From Kiritimatiellia bacterium (GTDB lineage: Bacteria > Verrucomicrobiota > Kiritimatiellia > CAIQIC01 > Lenti-01), in assembly GCA_050176815.1 (NCBI GenBank), contig JBFXHR010000012.1, positions 15 through 64,014 of the forward strand: DNA of 64,000 bases, in the 5' to 3' direction. The notes beneath the pieces were generated by a model. The model saw nothing but the letters and a program-made list of their open reading frames with translations. It did no database searches and had not been told where the DNA came from. Every line of letters begins with the position of its first letter. Positions within the stretch are counted from its first letter, which is position 1. The position numbers and the translations under genes are program-made. This document shows positions 1-9,347 of the stretch, in pieces.

Positions 1-1062
1 CTCCGGAATTCACAAGATAATCCAGAACCGCCTGCGCGCGTCTTGCGGTGAGCTGCTTGCTGTAGCTTTCCGCGGATCTCCGCGTCTTGTCCGTGTGCCC
101 TTCGATCCTGGCGATGAGCTGAGGATCCGTCTTCAATATTTCCACGATCTCGTCAAGTTGGGAATGCGTTTCGACGCCGATATCGGCCTTGTCGCTCTCA
201 AACGGGATATGCAGCTCAACGGTTTTGACGGTTTCGACAGAAGCAACCGGGATTTCGTTCGTTGAACTCGCCTCAACAGGTACCGGCAGTCTGGCCAATA
301 TCTCGCGCACAAGGGGATCCTTCTCGTTATGCAACCGTTTCATTATGTCCGGCGTTTGGAGATCCGGATCCTTTTCCACCATTGTCGCCACATACAGATG
401 CGCCCACCATTCGGACCGCTCGGCAAGAGACTGCAAGGCTGCCTTCGGATCGACTTTGAGCTTATCGGCAAGTTCCGTTTCGACGGCCTTGTCGCCGTAC
501 ACACGAGACATGGATAACACCGCCGCCTGTGAATTACGTCCGTACATGTAGCGAATGAGGCCTTGCGACGGATTCTGTTTCTTCTCACGCAAGACGCCTT
601 CGTACCGGCTAAAGTCTACACCGCCATTGGGAACATGGTCTGCACGGGTAAGCCAGTTAGTGGCGAGACCGCGCGTAGATTCGTCTTCGGAGTCAAGCAA
701 GGGGAGACAGACTTCAGCGAAAACAGCATTCGGGATAGCGAGTTGTTCAAGGATGAACCCAGGAAGCATGACTTGCTCCATGCCACTGGCATGGTCAGAA
801 AAGTAGAGCAACTGCAACACCATGCCTTTGTCTCCACCGGCCATTTTCTGAATATCGGCCAACTTTTGCCGCAATTCTTCCTCTGTCCCTGTGGAAAATA
901 GTATCTGTCGCTCCTGCACATTCGTCGAACTCAAGGCACGTAGAAACGATTGAACTTCTTCGCTCGGTTCGATGGGGATGTCCTTGGTTTGCTGTTGGGC
1001 GTTCGCAATGCCTAACAGGGATGCAAGAATGACCCCCGATAAAGTGATTCGACGGAACATGT
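1..1062 (-). CDS. OmpA-family outer-membrane/peptidoglycan-associated protein. 5' part with signal peptide is in the window; 3' end runs off the window start.
   Basis: Reverse-strand translation from ATG at 1062 reads MFRRITLSGVILASLLGIANAQQQTKD... without stops through position 1. It ends in an OmpA-like motif (...ARIEGHTDKTRRSAESYSKQLTARRAQAVLDYLVNSG). It is absent from the ORF track because no stop falls in the window. About 50% GC against about 70% for the rest. Confidence 0.6.
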
Positions 1063-1633
1063 GTAGTTACCTCCTCATACTATCTTGGCGCCGAAATAAT
1101 ACCATTTCTGATTTCGTTGATCGCAGGGGCATGTTCATCTATCTCCCCGTGCCGTATCGTCTGTCCGCCCGCATCAACATTAACTGCAGCAGGATCCCCG
1201 GGGGCAGGATCATTTATTGGCCCTCCATGAAAGGGGTCAGTTTCATATTTTAATACTTCGCAGCTTTCTCAATTCTTCATACCCCGGCGTTCCCGGGCGG
1301 CTGTCTTCCAATTTTATTCAGCAGCTCCGATAAGTTGGTGCCCGTGCCCATGTACAAACGGCGTTTGATCCAGCCCGTTTTTACGCTCGTCCTGTTTCGT
1401 GTTATCAGTTCTTTAAAATGAAGTTAACCGGTCGATGCATGGCTCATTCGGTCATTGGAACGGGAGGATGAGGGAGGTGGGAGATTATGGCAAGCCGGGA
1501 ACGAAGAGGTTAGCCTTGCCCCCCTGCGCGGGACGGAAGCCCCGCGCCACGAAACCCGGAAACCGCGCCGAGTGCAAACGCCCGATTTTAGACGTTTCCT
1601 TTCCGGGGGGTTTCCGCCAAAATGGATTTCCAT

Positions 1634-3971
1634 GGAAACAGCGACGCATGTCCCCGGCCCGCCGGCCCTGCCGGGCTACGAGATCCAGAGCCTGCTCGGC
1701 TCCGGCGGCACGTCCACCGTTTGGCTGGCCAAGCAACTCTCCCTCGACCGCGTCGTCGCCATCAAAATCCTGTCGCCGAAACTGCTGACCGATCCCGCCG
1801 CGCGCGAGCAGTTCCAGCAGGAAGCCCGCGCCGCCGCCCGCCTGGCCCATCCCGCCATGGTCGGCATCGTCGATTTCGGCGAACACGACGGCACGCCCTA
1901 CTACGTCATGGAATACGTGGCCGGGACCAATCTCGCCGGCTGGCTCGCCGAGAACCAGCGCATGGCCCACGGCCAGGTGCTCAAGCTGGCCGAGATCGTC
2001 GCCGGCGCCCTCGACGCCGTCTGGCGCGAAGCGTCGCTGATCCACTGCGACGTCAAGCCCGGCAACATTCTTCTCGGCGCCGACGGCGCCGTGAAGATCA
2101 CCGACCTCGGCCTGGCCCGCATCGCCGGGTCCGCCGCGACCCGCGAACCCTCCGCCTGCATCGAAGGCACCCCCACCTACATCGCCCCCGAGCAGATCGA
2201 AGGCCTCCAGCCCGATTGCCGCACCGACATCTATTCGCTCGGCCTGACCCTCTACCACCTCCTCACCGGCAAGCCCCCCTTCGAGGGCCGCTCCCTCGAC
2301 GCCATCCTCGAAGCCCAGCAAACCGATTTCCTTCCCGACCCCTGCGAAATCCTGCCGCACCTCCCCGTCTCCTACGGCTGGCTCCTCGCCAAAATGACCG
2401 CGAAGGATCCGGCGAAACGCCCCGCCTCCTGGGCCGACGTGCTCAGGGACATCCGCCAGATCAAGACCGGCAAATCGCCGCTGCCGCCCTTTCCCGCCGA
2501 CGACGAGAGCACCATCCTGCTCAATCCGCGCCACCGGCCCGGCGCGCGCGCCCACACCATCAATCTTTCCGCCGCCGCGAAAAAGGCCATCGCGCTCTCC
2601 GGCTCCGAGTCCCTCATTGGCAAGCAGAAACGCGGTTCCGCGGCCGCCGCCGCATCCTCCGGCGGCGGCGGATTCCTGCGTTTTCTCTTCTTCCTGCTTT
2701 TCCTCGGCGGCGTCTTCTACGCCATCTGGTTCTTCGGGTTCAAGGACCACCCCGAACGCATCGCGCAGCTCAAGGCCGGGCTCAAGGGAGAACGCATTCC
2801 GCCTCCCTCGCAAAAGCCCAACGTCGCCGTCGGCGGCACGTTCCGCAACGCCGGCGAAAAATCCTCCGCCGCGGTTCCGGCGCCGGAAACCTCCGCATCC
2901 GCCGCCGCCGAACTTTCCGCCTTGGCCACCGAGCCGGCGCCCTTCTCCGCCGGCACCCCGTCCGTGACTCCGGGGGCATGGAACCATCCCGGCTTCATCC
3001 AAGCCGCCAATCAATTCAACTCCGCCCTGGCCGCCTACCAAGCGCACCTCAAGAAGCCCGATCCGCAGGACCCCGCCCTCGTCGGCATCGTCTCCGACGC
3101 CCAATACGCCGCGCTCCTCTTCGAAACCATCCGGCCCGACGCCCCCGCCGACGTCCCCGTCACCCAATACGCCAACCAGTGCTACCAGCTCGTCAACGAC
3201 GCCCGCCGCGCCCGCCTCGACCGCGCCGCCAAGAAAAACCTCTTTGCCCTCGCCCCCAAAATGCGCAATGCCGCGCTCTGCCCCCATCCCACGCCCCCTC
3301 CCGATCCGACCGACGCCTTCGCGCCGCGCTTCATGCAGTTCGGCTACGCCTGGGAAACCCTCCCCGCCCCCGTCGACCGCCCCGAAACCGCGGAATTCGT
3401 CATGCTCCTCGCCACCGTCGCCGAAGCCGCCGCCGATGCTCGCGCACAGGCCGGCCTGTTCATCCACGGCCCTTTCACCTGGCTCATGCCGTTGACCAAC
3501 GCCTGCCGCGCCCTCGGCGTCAAGAAACCCGAACCCCGCATTCCCATCGAAGGCGCCCCTTTCCCCTACGGCGGGTTCTTCATGCATACCTTCAACGCCG
3601 GACGCTACGGCGCCCTCGGCCCCGGCCAGCCCCCCTATCCCACCCTCCGCCTCATCACCGACAGCGAGGACCAGCTCGTGGCCATCCAGCTCGTCGATGA
3701 AAAGCCCGCCCCGCCCCTCCAGAATTCGCCCATGACTTTCTCCACCGCCACCAAAATCCTGGATTTCGTCACCGGCCGCGCCATCTCGGAAAAAGGCGAC
3801 GTGCGCGTCGTCCACCGCACCCTCAAGGGCGAGGGCACCCTGCGCATCGACTCCGAAGCCGCCGACTTCATCGAAGGCCCCGACGGCGCGCCCCTTTTCC
3901 GCTCCGTCCTCCTCCTCCCCCAGACCGTCGCCAATTCCCTCCTCTACCACCTCCTCGGCTCCGCCAACTGA
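1634..3971 (+). CDS. Hanks-type Ser/Thr protein kinase with one TM segment and a long C-terminal domain
   Basis: YEIQSLLGSGGTSTVWLAK...AIKIL, HCDVKPGNILL, DLGLAR, GTPTYIAPEQ kinase subdomains. Hydrophobic FLRFLFFLLFLGGVFYAIWFF segment. Start chosen at METATHV (1634) rather than the ORF-track upstream M. Confidence 0.8.
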
Positions 3972-4067
3972 CGCCTGTCCGACCGCCCTCTCGCGCCATG
4001 TCGCAGGAGGGAACCGCTTGCAAAAAAACCGCCCGGCAAGGGCACCGGGCCTACAACTTGCGGTGCC

Positions 4068-4124
4068 CCGCGTGGGGGAAAATGCCTCTCGCTGTAGGCC
4101 GCGTGCCCCCACGCGGCGGGTTTT
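4068..4124 (+). terminator. Possible intrinsic terminator downstream of the kinase: 11-bp perfect inverted repeat ccgcgtggggg/cccccacgcgg plus a T-run
   Basis: Inverted repeat at 4068-4078 and 4106-4116, followed by cgggtttt. A second hairpin (gcccggcaagggcaccgggc, about 4030-4050) preceded by an A7 run would be a terminator on the opposite strand. Confidence 0.3.
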
Positions 4125-4329
4125 CCGACTTCTGCCAATGGACCGAGGGGCAAAAAATCCCGGGATTGCCCTCCATATTTCGTTGACCTTTCCCCGAATC
4201 CAAATCTTAATGCAATCGTAACAATCCGGCGCGGCAAAAGATCGCGATCGCTTGTTGTAAAATGGCGAGCGTGCAATTGCCGCGATAGAATAAAAGCAGG
4301 GAAAGCGCAGAGAGTTCCAGAGGCCCGTC

Positions 4330-5709
4330 ATGATTCAGGACCGTAAAACAACCACTGCGGCGCAAGAATCCTCCCCGAAACCCGGCCGGAGAAAATCCGC
4401 CGGGCCGAAAGCGCGCTACGCCGACCTCTTCAACCGGGCTCCCGCAGGATATTGCACTCTCGACGCAGACGGGCGGATCCTCGAGGCCAATCCCGCCCTC
4501 TCCTCCCTCCTCGGCGCCCCCCCCGCCGCGCTGCTCCGGGAATCTTTTTCCCAATTCGTTTTTCCGGAAGACCAGGCCATCTTCGACCGGCTTCGCCAGG
4601 AGCTCGCCGGCTCCGGCGACTTCCAGGCGTGCGAACTGCGCCTGGAAAAGAAAAACGGGACGGTTCTCTGGGCGCATCTGGCCGCGATCCTCGTCCCGGA
4701 AGCCGGCGGCGCGCCGACGTGCCGCATCGCCGCAAGCGACATTTCCCCGTTCGTGCAAATGGAGCGTTCCCTCCGGCGCCTCTACGTCGTCCTCGCCCAG
4801 ATCAACCAGGCCCTCGTCCACTTCCAGAAGCGCGACGAACTGCTTCGCGAAATCTGCCGCATCGCCGTCGGATTCGGCGGCTTTCGCATGGCCTGGATCG
4901 GGCTGGTGGACCCGGCGACCCGCCAGTTGAAACCGATCGCCCACGACGGCCACGAAGAGGGCTTCCTGAAATCGATCCACGTCAACGTCAACCCGGACAG
5001 CGCGTTCAGCCAAGGTCCCATCGGCCAGGCCTTCCTCCGGAACCAAGTCGTCGCCAGCAACGAATCCGATCCCTCCTTTCAACGCTCGCCGTGGCGGAAC
5101 GAAATGCTCAAGCGCGGCTACCGCGCCTTGGCCGCCGTGCCCTTCCGCCTGAACAACGAGGCGATCGGCACCTTGAACCTCTACCTCGACGCGCCGCGGG
5201 CCTTCTCCGAAGAGGAACGGGACGTGCTGAAGCGGATCGGCGGCACCCTTTCCTTCGCGCTGGATTGCCTCGAAATCGAAAAATCCCGCCAGCGCGCCGA
5301 AGCGGCCCTGCGGGAAAGCGAAGCGCAGAACCGCGCCTTCATCCACGCCATTCCCGATCTCGTTTTCATGAACAAGCGGGACGGCGAATATCTGGCCGTC
5401 CATGCGCCGGACCCCGGCCTGCTTGCCGCGCCCCCCGATGCCGTTCTCCACCGCAAGATCGGCGAGCTCCTGCCGAAATCCATCGCGGACCGTTGCCTCC
5501 ACGCCATCGCCGCCGCCCTGGATTCGCGCACGCTCCAGAAACTGACCTACGTGCTCCCGCTCGACGGCCGGAAACGGCGCTTCGAGGCCCGCATCGCCCC
5601 CTGCACTCCCGACACGGTCCTCACCATCGTACGCGACATCACCGAACTCCAGCCGATCGGAAAAGCGGCGCGTGGAAAAAAAACGCGCCGCCCGAACGCC
5701 CCCGCATAA
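4330..5709 (+). CDS. PAS-GAF-PAS sensor protein with no recognisable output domain
   Basis: Two PAS-like segments (NRAPAGYCTLDADGRILEANPA...; NRAFIHAIPDLVFMNKRDGEYL...) flank a GAF-like core (FRMAWIGLVDPATRQL...NLYLDAPRAFSEEE). No HisKA/HATPase motifs. Confidence 0.65.
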   Translation: MIQDRKTTTAAQESSPKPGRRKSAGPKARYADLFNRAPAGYCTLDADGRILEANPALSSLLGAPPAALLRESFSQFVFPEDQAIFDRLRQELAGSGDFQACELRLEKKNGTVLWAHLAAILVPEAGGAPTCRIAASDISPFVQMERSLRRLYVVLAQINQALVHFQKRDELLREICRIAVGFGGFRMAWIGLVDPATRQLKPIAHDGHEEGFLKSIHVNVNPDSAFSQGPIGQAFLRNQVVASNESDPSFQRSPWRNEMLKRGYRALAAVPFRLNNEAIGTLNLYLDAPRAFSEEERDVLKRIGGTLSFALDCLEIEKSRQRAEAALRESEAQNRAFIHAIPDLVFMNKRDGEYLAVHAPDPGLLAAPPDAVLHRKIGELLPKSIADRCLHAIAAALDSRTLQKLTYVLPLDGRKRRFEARIAPCTPDTVLTIVRDITELQPIGKAARGKKTRRPNAPA

Positions 5710-5734
5710 CTGGTTTTTACGTAAAACGCCGGGG

Positions 5735-7354
5735 TCACGGCGCCGGATCTTCCGCGGGCACGGCCCCCGGCGCGACAAGCGGCGGCATGGGCACGACGGG
5801 CTCCAATGCGGCGTTGCGGACGACGATGATTTCGTGCCCAGCGTACTCGGCGATGGAGCGGACCTCCAGGCCCTGCAGGAATTCCCGGCAGCCGCCGCCG
5901 ACGAGAACGCCGGCGTAGCTCGCGCCAGGCGCGACGGGCCGCTGCGAGAACAGCCGCAACTGCTCGCTGTTCCGGCGCGCGTAGAACATCAGCGAATTCA
6001 GCGGGTAGTGCCGGAAATTGACGATCATCGGCCCGGGCACGTCCCCGGCCGACGGCAGGAGCTCCGCGAGACGGCGCATCGGTTCCGAGTCCCGCGCGCG
6101 ATGCATGTTGACGTACGGATTGGCGACCGACAGCCCCCCGCCGGCCAAGGCCAGCGCCAGACCGACGGCGAAAACGCCGCCCCCCGTTCGCCGCAACTTC
6201 TCTCCGCGCGCCAGCCCCAGCGCGGCGGCGAGGATCGCGGCGGCCAGGACCCCCCCCGGGAGCGCCGGCGGCCCGGCGTAGACGCCCGGGAGAAACGTTC
6301 CCGCCGCCAGCAGGACGCACGGCGCCAGCCGCAGCGCCAAAGGAGCCCCGCCCTGGACCAGCCCGACCAAGATCCGCGCGGCGAACAGAGCCATGGGAAC
6401 GACGGCGGGCAGCATGTACCAGGGCATCTGCTGGCGCACCGTGGAGACCATCGCGAGCGGAACGAGCCCGACCAGCGCGATCAGAATCGCCTCGCGCCGG
6501 CCCGCCTTCGTTCCCGGCAAGCCCCACGCCAGGAACGGCGCGGCCGCGAGGAAGGGCGCCAGGGCGCCCCACGAGGCCCAGAGGTAGCGCAGCGACTTGA
6601 GGTAGAGCGCCGTGTCCCGCCACGAGTGCTTGAGGCGATAGCCCACCATGTCCTCGAAATGCGGCTTGAGAAAGATGTCGGTGTGCATGGCAAACTGGCT
6701 CCCGAACCAAACGCCGGCGACGACCGCCGCCCAACACAGCCCGGCATAAAACAGCGGATCGCGGAACGCCTTCCGGCGGACCGCCAGCAAATACAGCAGC
6801 GAGGCGGGGAGAATCGGGACCGCCCCCTCGCCTTTCGTCAACAGGGCCAACCCGCAGCACAGTCCCCATCCCAAGTAGCAGCGGGGGCGTTCCTCCGCGC
6901 GCAGCAGGAACCACGCGGCGCCCAGCGAGAACGCGATCATGGTCGTGTCCATCATGCCGACGCACGACTGCGAAGCCAGCGTCGGGTGGAGGGCCGCGAA
7001 CAGCGCGGCGACCAGGCCCGTCCAGGGATCGAAGACGCGCCGGCCCATGGCGTAGGCCAAGGCCAGCACGCACAGGAACAACGCCATCGAAGGCAGGCGC
7101 AGGGCCCATTCCCCCACGCCGAGGATCCGGTAGCCCGCCGCGACCAGCCAGTAGTACAGCGGCGGTTTGTGGACGTCCGGTTCCCCGTTCCAGTAGGGCG
7201 TCCAGCCGCGCCCCTGTTCCATCAGCCCCAGGGAGCGCAGCGCGGTCAGCGCCTCGTCGCCGGTGGCGATCCCGGGATGGAAGAGTTGGATGCAGCGCAG
7301 GCCCGCGCCCAGCAGCAGCAAGACCAGCAGAAAGAGAGGCAGTTTTTCCCGCAT
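5735..7354 (-). CDS. GT-C glycosyltransferase, ArnT/PMT_2 (GT83/GT39-like) family polytopic membrane protein
   Basis: MREKLPLFLLVLLLLGAGL..., then GDEALTALRSLGLMEQG...VHKPPLYYWLVAAGY, typical of undecaprenyl-phosphate-sugar-dependent GT-C transferases. Many TM helices. Confidence 0.75.
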   Translation of the reverse strand: MREKLPLFLLVLLLLGAGLRCIQLFHPGIATGDEALTALRSLGLMEQGRGWTPYWNGEPDVHKPPLYYWLVAAGYRILGVGEWALRLPSMALFLCVLALAYAMGRRVFDPWTGLVAALFAALHPTLASQSCVGMMDTTMIAFSLGAAWFLLRAEERPRCYLGWGLCCGLALLTKGEGAVPILPASLLYLLAVRRKAFRDPLFYAGLCWAAVVAGVWFGSQFAMHTDIFLKPHFEDMVGYRLKHSWRDTALYLKSLRYLWASWGALAPFLAAAPFLAWGLPGTKAGRREAILIALVGLVPLAMVSTVRQQMPWYMLPAVVPMALFAARILVGLVQGGAPLALRLAPCVLLAAGTFLPGVYAGPPALPGGVLAAAILAAALGLARGEKLRRTGGGVFAVGLALALAGGGLSVANPYVNMHRARDSEPMRRLAELLPSAGDVPGPMIVNFRHYPLNSLMFYARRNSEQLRLFSQRPVAPGASYAGVLVGGGCREFLQGLEVRSIAEYAGHEIIVVRNAALEPVVPMPPLVAPGAVPAEDPAP

Positions 7355-7361
7355 GGCGTTC

Positions 7362-9263
7362 CTAGAGATCCCACGGTTCCCCGCGGCGGACGAAATCGGC
7401 GCGCAGCACCCACAGTTCCGCGCGGCGGCCGACCACCACCGTCTCGACTTTGGACGCGGCCGGCAGCGAAAAGGCCACCCGCTGCGACCGCAGGGCGTAC
7501 GGACCGCAGCCGACGGGCTCGATGTCGGCCTCCGCGAGCGGAGGTTCCCGGCCGGCCAGCCGGACCTGCAGCGTGCCCCACGAATCCATTCCGCCGTCGT
7601 CCGGCGTCCGCGCGGCGAACAGGAAGACCGCCTCGTAGTCGCCGGGTTCCAGCTCGTTGGGCCACGCCGCGACCATCGGCTGGATCTTCCCGCGCGAAGA
7701 GCCCGCCCAGTGCCGCGTCGTGATCGGCAGTTCGGCGTTGGACAGGCCGGTCTTGGCGTATTCCGCCCCGGACAGCACGCGCCGCAGGGCATCGAGCACG
7801 AGGGAATTCGACGCGGGATCCGCGCCGCGTTTCAAGACGACGTTGATCCCGTCGAAAAACACCACGCCGAAGGTGCCGTCTTCCAGCCAGCCCCGGTATC
7901 CCATCCCCCGGTCGTCCACGTACTTCAATTCGCTGAACATGAGATCCACCCGGTGGCGCTGGGGATCGTAGTGGCGCCAGTCGACGACGTCCTTCCGGTT
8001 GGCGCAGAAGCCGGCCAAGCGGGCGGGACAGAGCAGCACGCCCTCGCGGGGTATGTGCCGGGCGGCGCGCAGGATGCGGAAGCCGGCCGCGTGCGGCCGG
8101 ACGTAGCAGGCCATCCGCTGGGCGGCGCCGGGCAAGAACCCCCGGGCCCAGCAGGACGCCGCCGTGATCAGCAAAAGGCCGATCGCCGCGGCCAGCGCCC
8201 CATGTCCAGAACCCGCGGCGCCGCGGTCTCCGCGGGCCTCGGCGGCGCGCGAGAGCGCTTCAAGCATCGCAACGGCCAGACAGGCCATGATCGGCGCCGC
8301 GTAGTGCAGGGCGAGCGAATATTGGTACTGCGTTCCGCCGCCCATCGCCTGGACCAGGGCCAGCGACGGAAAGACGAGCAGCGGGATCCAGCCCTTTTTC
8401 CAAACGAACGGCACCGCCGGCAGCGCGACCCAGCACAGCGCCCCCGCCCGGATGCGCAGGGTTTCCGGATTCAGCAGATGCGCGAGGGGATTGTCGCCCA
8501 GATCCGCGTGGCGGCGGGCCATGAGGCTCAGGCCGGTCAGCAGCGGATACAGCGTCGTCGTCGCCAAAACCACGTAGGCGATCGACAAGGCCGCATAGAC
8601 GTAGCCGGCCCGCCAGCGGTCCCGGATGGCGAAGTACAGCAGCAGGGGCAGCACCGCCGCCGCGGCGTCCTCGCGCATGCCGAGGACCAGCAGCCACGGC
8701 AGCCAGACCCACCGCCGGCGGAACTTCAGGCAGAGGTACAGCCACGGCACCAGCAGCAGGTAGAGGCTCACGCCGTGGAACTCGCTCAACAGCGTTTGCT
8801 GCGTGAAATGGTACCCGACGAAAAACGCCGCGACGGCGGCCGCCGCCGCCGGCGCAACGCGAAGCCGGACCGCCGTCCGGACCAGCACGCCCGCGCCCGC
8901 GACGAGGATCAGCCACTGCGCCGTCCAGAGCATGAACGGATGGTCCCATATGAAAAACAGGGGGCCCAGCAAGGCCAGCGTGAACGACAAGTGCGTGGCC
9001 AGATAGGAGCGGTCCAGCAGGCAGCGGAACAGGTCGCCGTGCCCGCTGTTCCAAATCATGTTCGTGTAGACCCCGTAGTCGAACATCGTGAACTTGCGCC
9101 ACGTGAACGCGGAGAATCCGGCATAGGCCAAACCGGCCAGGATCAGCACGGCCCACACGCCCCCCCCCCAGGTCGCGGCCGTCTGGACGCAATGGAAACG
9201 CGATCGGGGTCCGGGCGACGCGGCCGCAGGCCCGCCCCGGCCGGTCTGAATCAGCGCTTTCAT
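7362..9263 (-). CDS. Polytopic membrane protein (DUF2079-like / putative GT-C superfamily) with a C-terminal extracytoplasmic domain
   Basis: About 8-10 predicted TM helices in the N-terminal 400 aa, followed by a soluble domain of about 230 aa. 7-nt gap to the upstream gene. Confidence 0.55.
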   Translation of the reverse strand: MKALIQTGRGGPAAASPGPRSRFHCVQTAATWGGGVWAVLILAGLAYAGFSAFTWRKFTMFDYGVYTNMIWNSGHGDLFRCLLDRSYLATHLSFTLALLGPLFFIWDHPFMLWTAQWLILVAGAGVLVRTAVRLRVAPAAAAAVAAFFVGYHFTQQTLLSEFHGVSLYLLLVPWLYLCLKFRRRWVWLPWLLVLGMREDAAAAVLPLLLYFAIRDRWRAGYVYAALSIAYVVLATTTLYPLLTGLSLMARRHADLGDNPLAHLLNPETLRIRAGALCWVALPAVPFVWKKGWIPLLVFPSLALVQAMGGGTQYQYSLALHYAAPIMACLAVAMLEALSRAAEARGDRGAAGSGHGALAAAIGLLLITAASCWARGFLPGAAQRMACYVRPHAAGFRILRAARHIPREGVLLCPARLAGFCANRKDVVDWRHYDPQRHRVDLMFSELKYVDDRGMGYRGWLEDGTFGVVFFDGINVVLKRGADPASNSLVLDALRRVLSGAEYAKTGLSNAELPITTRHWAGSSRGKIQPMVAAWPNELEPGDYEAVFLFAARTPDDGGMDSWGTLQVRLAGREPPLAEADIEPVGCGPYALRSQRVAFSLPAASKVETVVVGRRAELWVLRADFVRRGEPWDL

Positions 9264-9347
9264 TGGGCCGAACAGTGCCGAAAGCGGACCGGAACCGCAA
9301 GAAAAACGTGCCCCGCCCGCCCCAGATATCCCGGTCCCGCGGCGGGA

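Noticed and set aside
1485-4331. 948-aa ORF on the minus strand antisense to the Ser/Thr kinase
   Set aside because: Gly/Ala/Arg-rich low-complexity translation typical of stop-codon-poor antisense frames in 70% GC DNA. No domain signatures. Fully overlaps a well-supported kinase gene.
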